A DNA stretch of 64,000 nt, taken from the human T2T-CHM13v2.0 reference genome, Homo sapiens. The stretch lies in the NCBI RefSeq assembly GCF_009914755.1, contig NC_060942.1. One strand, written 5' to 3'. The notes beneath the pieces were generated by a model that was not told the origin of the DNA, made no database searches, and saw only the letters and a program-made list of their open reading frames with translations. The first letter of the stretch is position 1. Every line of letters starts with the position of its first letter. Shown here one piece after another: positions 1 to 16,057 of the stretch. Both the position numbers and the translations under genes were made by a program.

Positions 1-112
1 AACTCTCTGGGACTCCACCCAGGTCCCACTGACTGTGGGCTCGGCTGTGACCTCCTGCCCAGAGCTCTGTGACATTGAGTGCTTTCTTGATTCCTTAGCT
101 CTTTGAATCTGA

Positions 113-323
113 CACTTGTTAGATTCCTGCCAGCCCCTCCCTCCCCCAAGCCCTCTGGAACTATCTCCCCTGGAACCATATACCCTAGGATGAGGAATCT
201 GTCCCTGAGATCCAGCCACTTGTTAGATTCCTGCCAGCCCTTCCCTCCCCCAAGCTCTCTGGACCTATCTCCCCTGCAACCGTATACCCTAGGATGAGGA
301 ATCTGCCCCTAAGATCCAGCCAC
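113..323. repeat. 104-bp tandem duplication (2 copies)
   Basis: CACTTGTTAGATTCCTGCCAGCCC...GATCCAGC starts at 113 and again at 217, with a few substitutions. Confidence 0.95.
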
Positions 324-1387
324 CTCTAGAAATATTTCCCCCGATACCTTCTCCCTAGACTTCACATTCCAACCTATCACCCTGAAGGATGCCCTGGGCC
401 CCAACTCTACTGCAGCCCCTCCACTTCCCCCAGTGGTCGACTTCCACTCAGGGTTCCCACCAAGCCAGTCCGCAGTACTCATTCCTAGGTCTGGCCTTGT
501 TCTTACTGAAATCCTGCATCCTAGCCTAAAACTTCTATATTCCATGGAGAAGAAGCTGGAGAGTGGCCATCCCCATCATCACCCCTGGCTATTTACTTGA
601 GGTCTGCCAGCAGTTTGCATTCAGCAACCTATTAATTGCCTTGCAGACATCATGATGCAGCAAATTTCACTATTTTCACAAAAACAGAGATCCCGTTTTA
701 ATAGGAGATGTGCTTAAGTTTGGTCAGCAAGCCTGAGACAAAACAAAAACTAAATTTGGGGTCCCCTGGCTTTGTTCTTACTGTATAAATCATATTTGGG
801 GAAACTCCATGTTTCTTACGCGCCGGGTGATGTCAATATCCAATTACAGGAGGGTGAAGGAGGCCCTTTCTAACCCACATGGGCCCATCTGATGTCCCTC
901 AGCCACGACCCTGTATTATAGACGAGGGCTGGTGGCTCCTACAAGTCATCACCACCATTCAGATGCCACTATGCACTTGTTCCACCTCGCAGACTGGGAC
1001 AAGTATGTACTTGCTCAAATTCCCACCTCAGTACTTCTGACCAAACCAATTGTTTCAAATAAAACTGGAAGGACTTTTGTCCTTCCCACGGGTACCATCA
1101 AAGCCCCTCAGTTTCAGGCTTAGTTGACTGAAGTGAAACAGGCAACAGAGCGTGAGAGGGCTGTTGTGGCGCAAATTCAAACTTGACGTGCTTCAGAAAC
1201 GTCGCATCAGTTTCACACACTGTTCCCAGGGCTCCCAACACATGCGTCAGAGACATAATTGCAAGGCTAAGGGTTCCGGAGAGTCAGGGAGCTGCATTCC
1301 CATGCAGAGCAGGAGATGCTGCCCTTGAAGAAGGGCCTGGAAGCTGCAGAGAAAAGGAGCATCACCCACCTGTGTGGGGCAGGGGAA

Positions 1388-2125
1388 TGGGTTGAGTTGT
1401 GTCTCCCAAAAAGATAGTTTGAAATCCTGACACCTAGGCCGGGCACGGTGGCTCATGCCTGCAATCCTAGCAGTTTGGGAGGCCGAGGCGGGCAGATCAC
1501 TTGAAGTCAGGAGTTCAAGACCAGACTGGCCAACATGGCGAAATCCCATCTCTACTAAAAGTACAAAAATTAGCCAGGCGTGGTGGCAGGCGCCTGTAAT
1601 CCCAGCTACTTAGGAGGCTGAGGCAGAAGAATGGCTTGAATCCAGGAGGTGGAGGTTGCAGTGAGCCGAGATTACACTATTGCACTCCAGCCTGGACAAC
1701 AGAGACTCCACCTCAAAGAAAAAAGAAAAGAAAAGAAAAGAAAAGAAATCCTGACCCCTAGTATCTCAGAATGTAGCCTTATTTGGAAAACGGGTCACTG
1801 CAGATGTCATTAGTTAAGATGAGGTTATATTGGAGCAGGGTGGGCCCTTAATCCAACATGACTAGTGTCCTTTAATACAGAAAAGACTCAGAAAAGACTC
1901 ACAAGGAGAGACAGCCATGTGATGACAGGAGCCAAAAGCCAGGAATGCCAAGGACTGCCGACAGCACGAGAAGCTGGGGAAGGGAGGAAGGGTTCTCCCC
2001 ATGGGTCTCAGAAGTGCATGGGCCTGCCGACACCATGCCTGTGGACTTCCAGCCTCCAAAAATGTGACAGAGTTTCTGTTGTTTGAAGCCACCTACTTGG
2101 TTAAGGCAGCCCTAGAAAACTCATC
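1388..2125 (+). mobile_element. MLT1 (B/C-like) MaLR LTR interrupted by an Alu
   Basis: Typical MLT1 motifs (TGTGTCTCCCAAAA...CCTTATTTGGAAA...GGACTTCCAGCCTCCAAAAATGTGACAGA...GGCAGCCCTAGAAAAC). Confidence 0.8.
1437..1745 (+). mobile_element. AluS with (GAAAA)n tail
   Basis: Full Alu dimer; TSD GAAATCCTGAC(A/C)CCTAG on both sides. Confidence 0.97.
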
Positions 2126-2202
2126 TAAGGGGGAAGCAAGCAACTGAGGAATCATAAAACCCTCCCGATTCAGAAGCAGCACCAAATAGCAAAGAGAAAA
2201 TG

Positions 2203-3400
2203 CAGTCACGCACCACATAACGTTTCGGTCAATAACAGATCACATAGAAGATGCTGGTCCCATAAGATTATAATGGAGCTGGAAAATTCCTATTGCCTGG
2301 TGATACAGCCATCAGAGCATTGTTGCACTGCAACGCATTACTCACATGTTGATAGTGAGGCTGGTGTAAAGAAACCTACCATGCTGCCGGTTGCATAAGA
2401 GTCTAGCACACACAATCATGTACAGTACACAATACTTGATAATGATAATTAACAACTATGTTACTGGTTTCTGCATTTACTGTACTATATTTTTATCAGT
2501 ATTTTAGAGTGTACTCCTACTTATTTCTTTTAAGTTAACTGTAAAATGCCCCAGGCAAGTGGTTCAGGAGGTATCCAGAAGAAGGCACTGCTGTCACAGG
2601 AAATAACAGCTCCATGCGTGTATTACCCTGAAGACCTTCCAATGGGACAAGATGTGGAGGTGGAAGGCAGTAATATTGACAATCCTGACCCTGTGTAACC
2701 CTAGGCTAATGTGTGTATTTGTGTTTTAGTTTTTAACAAAAAATGTTTAAAAGGTAAAAGAAAAAAATTAATTTTACAAATAAAAAAAGCTTACAGAAGA
2801 AGGATATAAAGAAAAATATTTTGGTACAGTTGTATAATATTTGTGATTTAATCTAAGTGTTATTAAAAAAGAGTCAAAAAGTTAAACAAAATTTAGACAT
2901 TTATAAAGTTAAAAAGTTACAGTAAGCTAAGATTATTATTGAAGAAAACTATTTGTTATAAATTGAGTGTAGTCTAAGTGTACTGTGTTTGTAAAGTCTA
3001 CAGTAGTGTACAGAAATGTCCTAGGCCATCACATCCACTCACCACTCACATCCTGAATCACTCAGAGCAACTTCCAGTCCTGCAAGCTCCATTCATGCTA
3101 AGTGTCCTATACAGGTGTACCTTTTTTATCTTTTATACAATATTTTTATTGTATCTCTTCCATGTTTGCATAAACAAATACTTATTGTGTGTGTTACAAT
3201 TGCTTGCAGTATTCAGTATAATAATATGCTGTACAGGTTTGCAGCCTTGGAGCAATGGCTGTACTGTATAGCCTATATGTGTACTGGGCTACACCACCTA
3301 GGCTTGTGTAAGTGTACTCACTCCATAATGTTCACATAACAAAATCACCCAAAGATGCATTCCTAAAAATATATCCCTGTCATCAAGTGAGGCATGACTG
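2203..3400 (+). mobile_element. Tigger3b-like (TcMar-Tigger) non-autonomous DNA transposon
   Basis: Termini CAGTCACGCACCACATAACG... and ...GAGGCATGACTG followed by TA; GGTCCCATAAGATTATAATGGAGCTG motif; ~1.2 kb. Confidence 0.85.
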
Positions 3401-3416
3401 TACATGTTACGCTTAG

Positions 3417-3826
3417 TGTCTTAGTCCATTTAGTGTTGCTAGATAGGAATACATGAGGTTGGGTAATTTATAAAGAAAACAGGTTTATGTAGCTCACAGT
3501 TCCACTGGCCAGAAGGTTCAAGACTCGGCATTTGGCGAGGGCCTCAAGCTGCTTCCACTTATGGCAGCAGGTGAAGGGAAGCTGGCATGTGCAGAGATCA
3601 CATGGTGAGAGAGGAAGCAAGGGTGAGGAGGCAGGCTCTTTGTAACAACCAGCCCTCATGGAAACTAATAGAGTGAGAACTCACTCACCAACCCACAGAA
3701 CATTCATCTACTCAAGTGGGATCTGCTCCTGTGACCTAAACATCTCCTATTAGGCCCCGACCTCCAACATTGGGCATTAAATTTCAACATGAGATTTGGA
3801 GGGCTCAGACACCCAAACTATACCAC
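3417..3826 (-). mobile_element. MST-family MaLR solo LTR
   Basis: TGTCTTAGTCCATTT...GGGTAATTTATAAAGAAAA...TTTCAACATGAGATTTGG. Confidence 0.85.
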
Positions 3827-4299
3827 TAAGGAACACAGTGGCTTGGTTAAATTGGAAAAATGAATACAACTCCCTGAGGCCCTCAGAAGAACCTTCCTTC
3901 CCAGAAGAAGCTGGACATTCTAATTCAGGTCCTAAGCTGGGGAAGGACCATGAGTGGGAAAAGGTAGGAATTGAGGCTTTTTTCTCCCTTTTTACATGTT
4001 AATACAAAGCCCTGCCTCCTCCATCCTGACCCCCTTATCTCCTCTCTGCCTCCTATGCTTACAGAAAGGCACTAGATGCAGTACTTTCATGTCTACCACC
4101 TCATTTAATCTTCATGACAATGTGTGTGGCAGAGGAGGCGGCAAAAATTCTCATTCCCATTTCACACACGAGGAAACTAAGGCTCAGTTGGATCAGGGAC
4201 TGCCCAGAGAGGAGATGACCATCCTGAAAAGAACTTCAGCTGACAAAGCAAGAGCAAGAGGTGAAGAGCAAGAGGCTTTCAAAAAGGTGGGAGGGAAGA

Positions 4300-4870
4300 T
4301 TTCTGACTGAGGGGCTTAAGACCCTCCATGAGGGGATCCCACCCTGTGCCCTGGGGACAGGAATGCTAGTGTCATGAAGCTTCGGTAAAAAAACCCAAGC
4401 GGACAGGGTTCAAGGAGCTTCCAGACAGCTGAACATGCTGAGGTTCCTGGAGGGTGGCACCCACGGAGGGCATAGAAGCTCCACACCCTGTCCCCCACCC
4501 CTCACCCCACGTGTCTCTTCATCGGTATCCTTTGCAATATCTTTTACAATAAACCAGTAAACATAAGTAGGGGTTTCACCAAGTTCTGTGAGCCGCTCCA
4601 GCAAATTCATCAAAGCCAAAGCGGGGGTTCTGGGGACCCCAACTTGAAGCTGGTGGGTCAGAAGTTCCGAGGAGGCCCAGACTTATCATTGGTGTGTGGG
4701 TAGGGGCAGTCTTGGGGACTGAGCCCTCAATCAGTGGGCTCTGACATTATCTCTGGGTAGACACTGTTGGAACTGAATTAGAGGATACTCAGCTGGTGTC
4801 TCTACTTGTGTGCTGATGATTGTTGTGGTGTGAGAACAAAGAAAAAACAGAGAGTTTTCCCTACACACAG
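4300..4870 (+). mobile_element. MER21-family LTR
   Basis: GAGGTTCCTGGAGGGTGGCACCC, AATAAACCAGTAAAC, GAGCCCTCAATCAGTGGG resemble the MER21 consensus as recalled. Confidence 0.7.
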
Positions 4871-4994
4871 CCCAAAATACTATCTTAAAAAAATTTTGAA
4901 GACAGGTTAACCAAAGGTTCTGGCAGCCATCCATGTCCAAAACAAACCAAATGTGTTGCCCGTAAAACATTTGCTCTTGAAAAGTAGTCCCTTA

Positions 4995-5312
<318 letters not shown>

Positions 5313-5889
5313 TCAGTTGTTCAGGTAACATCACTGTAGACACAATCTGTAGATTCTTCTACTGACTTTTTACATGGAAATAGTTAATATCTTTGGGGAA
5401 AAAACTAAGCACATTTTCCAGGCTGGAAAAGCCAAGGCTTCAGCTTTTGCATTCTGTCTCCTTTTGTGCTTCTCAATCTTCAAGCAATCCTGTGTAACCG
5501 TATGGCCTGTCCTCAACTAGCATGCTGTACAAAGTGCGTTTTCCTGATTCTGGGCTTCGAAGAGTGCTTGAGAGGTGGGGGCATTACACACTAATGTCCG
5601 AGGACATCTGATGACTGGACAAATCTCTTCCCCAAAGCAACACCTGACAAGAGTAAGGAAGTCAGAGCCAGGGCGGAGTGGCAGGTGTCCAAGGTAAGGA
5701 CAGGACTGAAAGGGTTAAGCTGAACAGCACTGATGATAAGGAACTTGGGTGGTGAGCTCCCGCTCTAATTGGCTGCCTTTTCCATGTATTTTAATCTTTC
5801 TCTTTCTGAAAAATACCCAGTCATTGGACATCAGGAGAACCTGACTTCATCTTTCCTGCCCCTTACAGCCACAATCTGTTTCTACCCAT

Positions 5890-7010
<1,121 letters not shown>

Positions 7011-9014
7011 CCTAGAACCTGCAGCCAAATTGTCCGGCACATATACTTGGATACCTACCAATAATCATTCTGGGGAAACCATATCTACAAAATGCCATGC
7101 CACATTTTGTCAGCTTGAAAATATTAAACCCTACTGAAAAAATGTAAGGTTTCTTCTTCAGATTTAAATGTCTACTTATTTCAAAATGAATTAGTAGTTC
7201 TCTGGGTTTCATAATGTTTAATTCATTAATAACTACAGCTTGAGAATTTGAAAGGAGATTGCTTCCAGGATAAAATTAAATATAAAACTCTAAGCAGTGA
7301 TTCATGGCTGTTCCTATCTAAATTACTAATCCATGTGACAAACCTGGTTGGCAGCACAAAAAACGCAATACTATTTGTCCCCCATTGCCTTTATAGACTT
7401 TGTTGAATTGTTTTTGCAAACTTCCTAAATCCAAGTACTAGATAATCCCCTGCTAGCAGCTTCCATCCCGTTGTGGAATTTAGTTTAGAGTCTCTGTTGC
7501 CACAGAGAGTTTCACAATGGACTAATACTTTGTACCTCAGAAAAGAATTTTCTGAACATTAGAGTTTAGACATAGAGCCCAATGGACTTCCAAGGAAACT
7601 CACTTTAAGTTGAAGGCAAATATTCCCATGACAGCTGTCCCAATCCCCAAAGAAACCTACAAAAAATCTGCTCAAAAACATTTTTTTAAATGCCTATTTT
7701 CTTTTAGTTTGCAAGGAAGGCTAGTCAGCTGAGTGTCAATTACATATCTCCCTGTTAGAACAATCAGGCACTAGAGTCATCATGTTGTCCAACAGATGAT
7801 ATAAGGCTTCTTAAATTTCACCAAGCCCTGGTTATTCTGCCTCCTAAAATTTCTCTCAGGTCTATTCCTCCCACTGCCTGGGTTCATTCTTATGTCTGCG
7901 TGGAGGAACAGGCAGGAATATTCCTGGCCATATACTCCCACCTCCAAGGGAATTTGGAGGGCTGAGTGGCACAGGGCCCCACCCCCTGTGGTAACCCCTG
8001 CCCAAATCATCACAAAGCCCAGCAAACTAGGTTCTCCCTGCCTCTCATCTCTCCCCAATACCAACCATCCAACCTACTGCTTCTAGACAGCGAGTCGGGC
8101 CCAGGTAGCCCCACGGATGGCTACTCCCCACCAGATGCCTTATACACGGGGACTCGTTTATCCTCAGGACAACTTGAGGAAGTCACCCTCATTGTCTTCT
8201 TATTACACACCAGGAGCTGGCAGCAAAGATGTTCAAACACTACCCCAAGCTACAGAGTGAGAATCTGCGAGGACAAGATTCACATCCACACTCTCGGCCC
8301 GCGTTTCTGTGCTTTGAGCCACCTGATCATGCCATCCCATGGCTCCTTAGTACCAAGAGTGAGGCCACACACCCCAGCAGGGCCTACGCATCCTTTGGTG
8401 ACTTGGCTACATTTCCAGCCTCATCCAACCTATGCCCTCCATCTGCCCTCTATCTCCATCAGTTACTTGCACATGGTATTCCCTGTGCTTCTCCTCCATG
8501 TCTCCTCTCCCTGCTGTGTGCTCCTACAGTGACATGTTCATCCCTTCATCAACCATTCACTACTTCCTCCCAACATTGGTGGTGACACCGGGGGTGTGAC
8601 CTCAAAGCAGCAGCTCTGGCTTTCCCCTACTTGCCCGCTGTCCCCACCGCTGAGCAGCACATGACAAGACAGCCCATAGCTTTGGCACCAAGGAATGCAT
8701 TAAGGCAAATCATCAGTGAAACTTTAAAAAGCAAAACAACACAAAAAAAACAGACTTAGGGGCTTGTCCCAAAATGACTGTTAGATCCCTTATAAGCTGG
8801 GGTGGAGGGATGGGAAGGGCCTTATGTGGGCTTATTAAACACTGCACATCAGGAATTTTTTTTTCTCACCAAACATCAAACATTGCAATCAAGTGAGAGG
8901 AGAACACCTAGATGCTCGCCAGCTGAAGTAGGAAGAAAGCCTGTGGCAGATTTTAAATCAGCAAGAGGTGGGAACTCAAGAGTTACCCATGCATGGCAAA
9001 TACAAAGAGATTGG

Positions 9015-9447
<433 letters not shown>

Positions 9448-10267
9448 CTATTGATGAAACTGTTATGGCAACCCCCAACCCAGGGTGAACCGTATGTAAA
9501 CCAGGCTGAACTCTCCACATCGCCGGCCTCACCATCCTGGGATACAATTCTGACTATAAACTCAGCATCAGATAAACCTAGATATTACCAGCAATGCAGC
9601 AGGAAAAATAAAAATAACAACTGAATTCACAGTAATCATTTAAAATGTAAAATACTGCTCTTAAATCCTATAAAATGGCCACGAATGTCCAGTGCACACT
9701 AATTCTATAAGGAACCCCCACTGTACTATAAAAATACACAAAACGCACATAAAAATACAACTTTACTATTATGTAAATTTAACCTTAAACAAATATGCTA
9801 GCTAACACAAACAATATATTAAATCAATTTTGCTCACCTTCTTAGAACTTAACGAGCCTCCTAGGGGCAATTCAGATACCCCAGCTCCTCACTTAGAAAG
9901 CTGTCTGAGGAGATTCATGGTAATGTGTGCAGCTGGGCTTTTCCTGGCTCCTCTCTCCAGTCATTTTCCTCGTAGCCAGCACAGGCATTCAGAACAAGTT
10001 ACCCACTGTAGAGGTTGGCCTTCGGGTGTTGCTGTAGACTTACAGCATATATCTGTGTTATGTTTCAGGGATGTTTAAAAGCATGTTAAAAATATGTCCC
10101 AATATTTCTCTTTTCCTCCTAGCTTATTCCAAGTCTCAAGAGCAGCTACACTGCTCAGTATCAGTTCAGAGACCACAGGACAGAGGTAAACCCAGCCCAG
10201 CCACCCCCAGCTGATCCTGCAGGGCACTGGGAAGCCACCAAGGTCATTAGAATAAGTACAGGTTTTA

Positions 10268-10565
10268 GGTCGGGTGCAGTGGCTCGTGCCTGTAATCCCA
10301 GCACTTTGAGAGGCCAAGGCGGGTGGATTACCCAAGAGTTTGAGACCAGCCTGGCCAACGTGGTAAAATCCCGTCTCTACTAAAACTACAAAAATTAGCC
10401 GGGCGTCATGGCAGGCACCTGTAATCCCAGCTACTCAGGAGTCTGAGGCAGGAGAATCTCATGAACCCGGGAAGCAGAGGTTGCAGTGAGCCAAGATCAC
10501 CCATTGCACTCCTGCCTGGGCAACAAAAGCAAGACTCCGTCTCAAAAAATAAAAATAAAAAAAAA
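10268..10565 (+). mobile_element. AluS with 17-18 bp TSD
   Basis: AATAAGTACAGGTTTTA(G) at 10251 and 10564. Confidence 0.97.
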
Positions 10566-11584
10566 TAAGTACAGGTTTTAGAAGGAACTTCAAAGTAAAT
10601 GAATGTCCAGGAAATGAATGAAAAGCATAAATCAGTAGTGTGCCTTGTAGTTATGTGGCAGAAAGACAGAGCAGGGAAGCATGTAGTCAAGTCAGGAGCA
10701 GGCATTACAAAGGCAACAGTGCAAAAAGACCAGCAGCATCCACACATCTTCATAGATGACTTAAAATCAGATGGACAATAAATTGCCTATACTTGAGGTT
10801 CTTAGGGTTCCCAGTTTCATGATGAGAGTAACTAAAAAGCATTCACCATTTGTAAGAACACAGGTTTTTATAAGCATTTGAGGTTATCAGAAGAGATTCT
10901 GAGAATATTCTAACATCTCAGAGGTAATCTCGATTGTTATATAAAATTTCCTAAGTTCACCATGTCTCTCTAAGTAGGATGAGCTAAAGGAAAGCCCAGT
11001 CTTAATCATTTCACTGACCACAAAACCCTAATTAGTAAAATCCAAAGAAATAGGGAATGTCTATCCTCAAATTTCAACTGCTAACTCCACAAAATCACTA
11101 GGTGGGGTCAAAAGCTGTCAGGGGTCTTCTTCCAATCATACTTCCAAGCAACTCAAGTGTTCAAAGAAAACTGGTCTCCAAGATTCATCTTTTAGGATAC
11201 ATAAAAACAACCCCTACTTCCAAATAAACATGGGCCATGGAGGTATTGTCTCCTGCACCTGACAAGAGATTCTGTTACTGGAAAAGAACTAAATGTGGAA
11301 TGCCCTGTCACCTCACCACAGACGGCACTAAAGGTGAACACCCAGAGACCCACTTGATAAAGGAACACAAACTTTTGTGTTATTTCCATTTGTTTAGGTT
11401 TACTTTACACTCACACCTTCAATAAAGGATGTAGCAAAGTTTGGCATCAAGAACTTAGCTGATCCAGGAGGGTGCCAGGAAGACACCACAGATCATTAGA
11501 ATAAGTACAGGTTTTAGAAGGAACTTCAAAGTAAATGAATGTCCAGTAAATGAATGAAAAGGAAAACTCATGTAACTGAGTGGG

Positions 11585-11617
11585 CACACACACACGCACG
11601 CACACACATGCACACAC
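11585..11617. repeat. Imperfect (CA)n microsatellite
   Basis: CACACACACACGCACGCACACACATGCACACAC. Confidence 0.85.
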
Positions 11618-13772
11618 CCGGAAGCTTATCATCTTCATAAACTCAGACAAGCCACTTACCCACCAACTTCCTCAGCTTTTATGCATCCATGAACTTGGCA
11701 CAACAATGATGTAAACAAAAATGAGAAAGTTTATAAGCAGATGTACTTTGGACAGGAAACCATGAAAGAAACAGTGTCACTAGGATTTGCTAGAAGCATT
11801 TGTATTCCTTGACAGAGGCTTTTACGTTGGGCTTGTTGACTCTGATTTTTATCCATGAAGGAAAAGACAGGCAAGTCACCATATAACTTGTTATACCATA
11901 AAAAAGTATTTCCATTTATTCCAAACCTCACGCTCTCTTGGAAAGAAATAATTTGAAAACATGGAAATATTACGTTCCTGCACCCACATTTATCACGAAT
12001 ACCCTGCTTTTAGGATTATAAAGAAGCTGTGTCGGGATGGGGGTGTGGAAAGCACAGCAGGGAGCTTTTGGTGGTCAAATCCAATTGCAGCTGTGACGTG
12101 GCCTCCGCACTCCAAAGAGAAACAGGCTCTCCTGATCCCAGCCTCTGAGGGTGGGATTGATTACTGTAAACACACACAGGCATGGAAATCTTCATGTCTG
12201 ATGCATTTCCTGTCCTCATCTCCCACGTGGTATTTTCTTACTCTGGGCTGTCCCCTGCTCCAGTTTTTTTCCACCCCAGGAAGAAAGAGGAGACCCCGCC
12301 TGTCACCTTACCTACTAGCTTGCTGTCCCTCGAGAGAAGGCTTCAAACCCCTGCCGACTCTGTGGTTCCAAAGCCTGCTATGCTGTTTGCCTCTTGGCCA
12401 AGCATGAACTCTGAAAGCTACCCCCTGTAGGTTTTCCACCAGGGCATTCTTCCTCTTCTTTTTTTGGATGCAGGGAGAAAGGGAGTTCTTTCAAGGTTAA
12501 CCAAGAAAGAAAAAGGATCGAGGTCCTATTTTCCTACTATGGTTTATGGACCTCATTTCTTTGGGCCCAGGAAGAAATGAAGTGAAACCCACATAAGGCT
12601 CCAGCTCCAGTCCAGGCAAAACAGTTCAGGGGAAACAGCATCCCTGTTTCTCTCTGTTCCCCTAACTCCTTCTCAACCTCTGATGCCCACCTGACTCCTA
12701 ACCCATCACACACATTGCAGCCATGATTCCATCCCCCAAATCAGTTCAGCCCAGCTGTCTAGATAATGTGCTACCTTAGTCTTTTCCATATTCCCTCCAT
12801 CAGACATCCCCGACCCCATCCTGATAATGGCACCCCAAGGCCCTGCACCTGCTTCCCAGAGAGGCTGTTACTAGAATTCACTAGAAGCATTTGTATTTTC
12901 TGATAGAGGCTTTTACCTTAGGCTTCGATTCACACCATTGGCTACTACAACCTCTCGGAGGTGTGTACATGTTACCTTCACAAGGGCACTGCCAGTTTAG
13001 GAAAGGACTCACAGAAAGTGAACCACCTCCCACCCCCACCCACCTCCCCCCACCCCAAAAAAAAACAGAAGGGAATTGATTCACCCTGAATTGTCCACCT
13101 ACCAGCTTCTGGACTCAGACACATCATTTCATTCCTCTGGGCCTGCCTCTGGATTCCCACCTTAGACTACTATTCTGAGAATTAGGTAACACATATACAA
13201 TACTTAAAACAGCACCAGATACCTTGCAAGTGCTCCAACACATCAAGTTACCAGGATTCATCATCTCCATGACCTCTCGAGATAGATATTACTGGTCTCA
13301 TCTTAAACCAGAACACAGAGGGTCAGCAAGGATGAGTAATTTACTTAGGATCACAGGGCTGATAATAAACAGAAGGGTTACTGCCCTCAGCCGACCAAAT
13401 GAACAAAATTCATGCTGTTTTCACCATATCATTAAGAAATGACTCTCTAATGGTAAAACCAGGCTATTCTGCAGGTTGTGGGATTGTATGGCAGTGGTTC
13501 ATGGTATCCCGATGCCGAGCCTTCAGAAGGTAAGGCTGGGCTTTGGAGCATGAACAGCCTGGCTTGTTCTGGTAGGGACAACTCATGGCCCACCTTGGAG
13601 CTGCAGAGCCCTTGGTCTATCAAGTTACCTCTTTTAGTCTCAGGTTTTACAACTATAAAATAAGAGCAATTTACTTGAGAGGTAGTAAGCCTCTGATAGG
13701 TACATATCTTCATGGCAACAACTAAAACTACTTGTGAGGGAGCCTCCAAGAAAGGATCCTATATTAAGGGCA

Positions 13773-14181
13773 GTATATGGGTCAATTCTCACATTGCTAT
13801 AAAGAAACACTTAAGACTGGGTAATTTATGAAGAAAAGAGGCTTAATTGGCTCACGGTTCTGCAGGCTGTACAGTAAGCATGATGTTGGCATCTGCTCGG
13901 CTCTGGGGAGGCCTCAGGAAACTTACAAACATGGTGGAAGGCAAAATGGGAACAGGCAACTTACATGGCAGGACCAAGGGTTGGAGGAGGTGCTATACAC
14001 TTTTAAACAACTAGGTCTCGTGAGAACTCTATCAGGAGAACAGCACCAAAAGGATAGTGCTAAACCATCATGAAGGATCCACCCCCATGATCCAATCACC
14101 TTTCACCAGGCCCCACCTCCAACACTGGGGGTTACAATTCAACATGAGATTTGGGTGGGGACATAGATCCAAACCACATCA
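13773..14181 (-). mobile_element. MSTA-like MaLR solo LTR
   Basis: CACATTGCTATAAAGAAA...GGCTCACGGTTCTGCAGGCTGTACAG...CAACATGAGATTTGGGTGGGGACA. Confidence 0.9.
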
Positions 14182-15109
14182 GGTAGCAAACCTGATCGCT
14201 GAAGTTCCTTCCAGTCCTAGAGGTGGAAACTTCATAGAGCAACAGGCTAGAGACTAACAATGCTTGTTTAAAAATCTTACTATCAGAGCCAAAACTATTG
14301 CTAACAAGCTTGAAAATGTCTGGTTAAAAATTCAAAATTAACTCCTTGCAGTCCAATTTTTAATCACCAAATATTCATGAAATCATGCCCCTCTCCCAAC
14401 CCCCAATTTTCATGATATATTATAAACCCAAAGTTAGGCCTCTTTCCCTTCTGGCTTGCCCTACATTTGAAAAGCATTTGCCATTCTACTGTAGTGGACT
14501 TCCCTCAAAATAACCTCATTATTCTCTTCTTCCACAACTATGTCATTGATATAATGACTATCATCATGATTTTCGCAGCTATTTGTTGTGCTATAATTTC
14601 CAGATGAATTTCTGGTATAGAAACAAAACAGCCATAATAAGATTTTACAACTCTATTATTACTAAAGTACACCATGACTGAAATTAAAACTCTAAAATTT
14701 TTAGTATTTCATTTTTAATGCCATGCTCATTTTTGTAGTGAGCAAATAATTACTCTAAAGATGTTTATTATTAGTTTATTTTGTTTCTGATAATAGCTTC
14801 CTTTGGTTGGTACTTTTCAATAACTTACTGCAAAATTTTGAAAGATTAATATATTTTAATGGACTACAACATATGAATGCTTCTACGTACCAGATTTGGG
14901 GTTCTGTCCCGGTTCTGCCACTTGCTAGCACAATCTTGAGCAAGCTACTAAAGTTCACTGTGCTTTCTGTCTGCCCATCAAAAAATACAGGGCAAAGACA
15001 GAACCTACTCCTAATTATTATGAGAATGAAATTGGGTAACTTCTGCAGAATTTCACAAAATGCTTAAAAGTTAATTATTGCCAAGTATATTAGCAATTTT
15101 TTTAACTGA

Positions 15110-15474
<365 letters not shown>

Positions 15475-16057
15475 TCAGTCTCCATTCTTAAACACGGGCA
15501 GGCCTCACATCTTACAGCAGTGGGGTTACCACCACCATTTGTTTCTTTTTCTGCCCACATAGTGAACTCTAATTGTTCAAAAGTCCGTTATGAACATCAG
15601 TTTACCTGACATATTTTCTGAGGAAATAACACTTCTTTCCCCACAACCCAAGGAAAGTGGACTTGTTTTCCGAGAAAATGGAACAGTCCAAGTCCAGGGT
15701 AGCAGATCTTAGCTAATCGGTACTAATTACTGGGCATTTGTTGAGGCTGATGGAGATGAAATTTTATTAGTAAACAAATCTCATAAAAGGAAAAGTAAAC
15801 CCCTTGCATCCTCTAAAGTATTTTCCTAATCTATCTTAATAAGCATAGTTTCAATCTCTTTATTCATGATCATTCTTCATACTATAATAAGTGTACTTTG
15901 TCTAATTAATTTAATTTTAGAAATATAAAAACTAATTTCATACTTTACTACTGTTTTACTTGTTTAGGCTTGAGTATATTTCAGTTCCTGAAAAGCTACC
16001 CTGACATCTTAGGTAAAACCAAAGGCAAAATGACATAATAATTTCCCCTAATATTAC

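Noticed and set aside
7966-8532. 188-aa ORF
   Set aside because: Non-ATG start, no recognisable homology or exon structure
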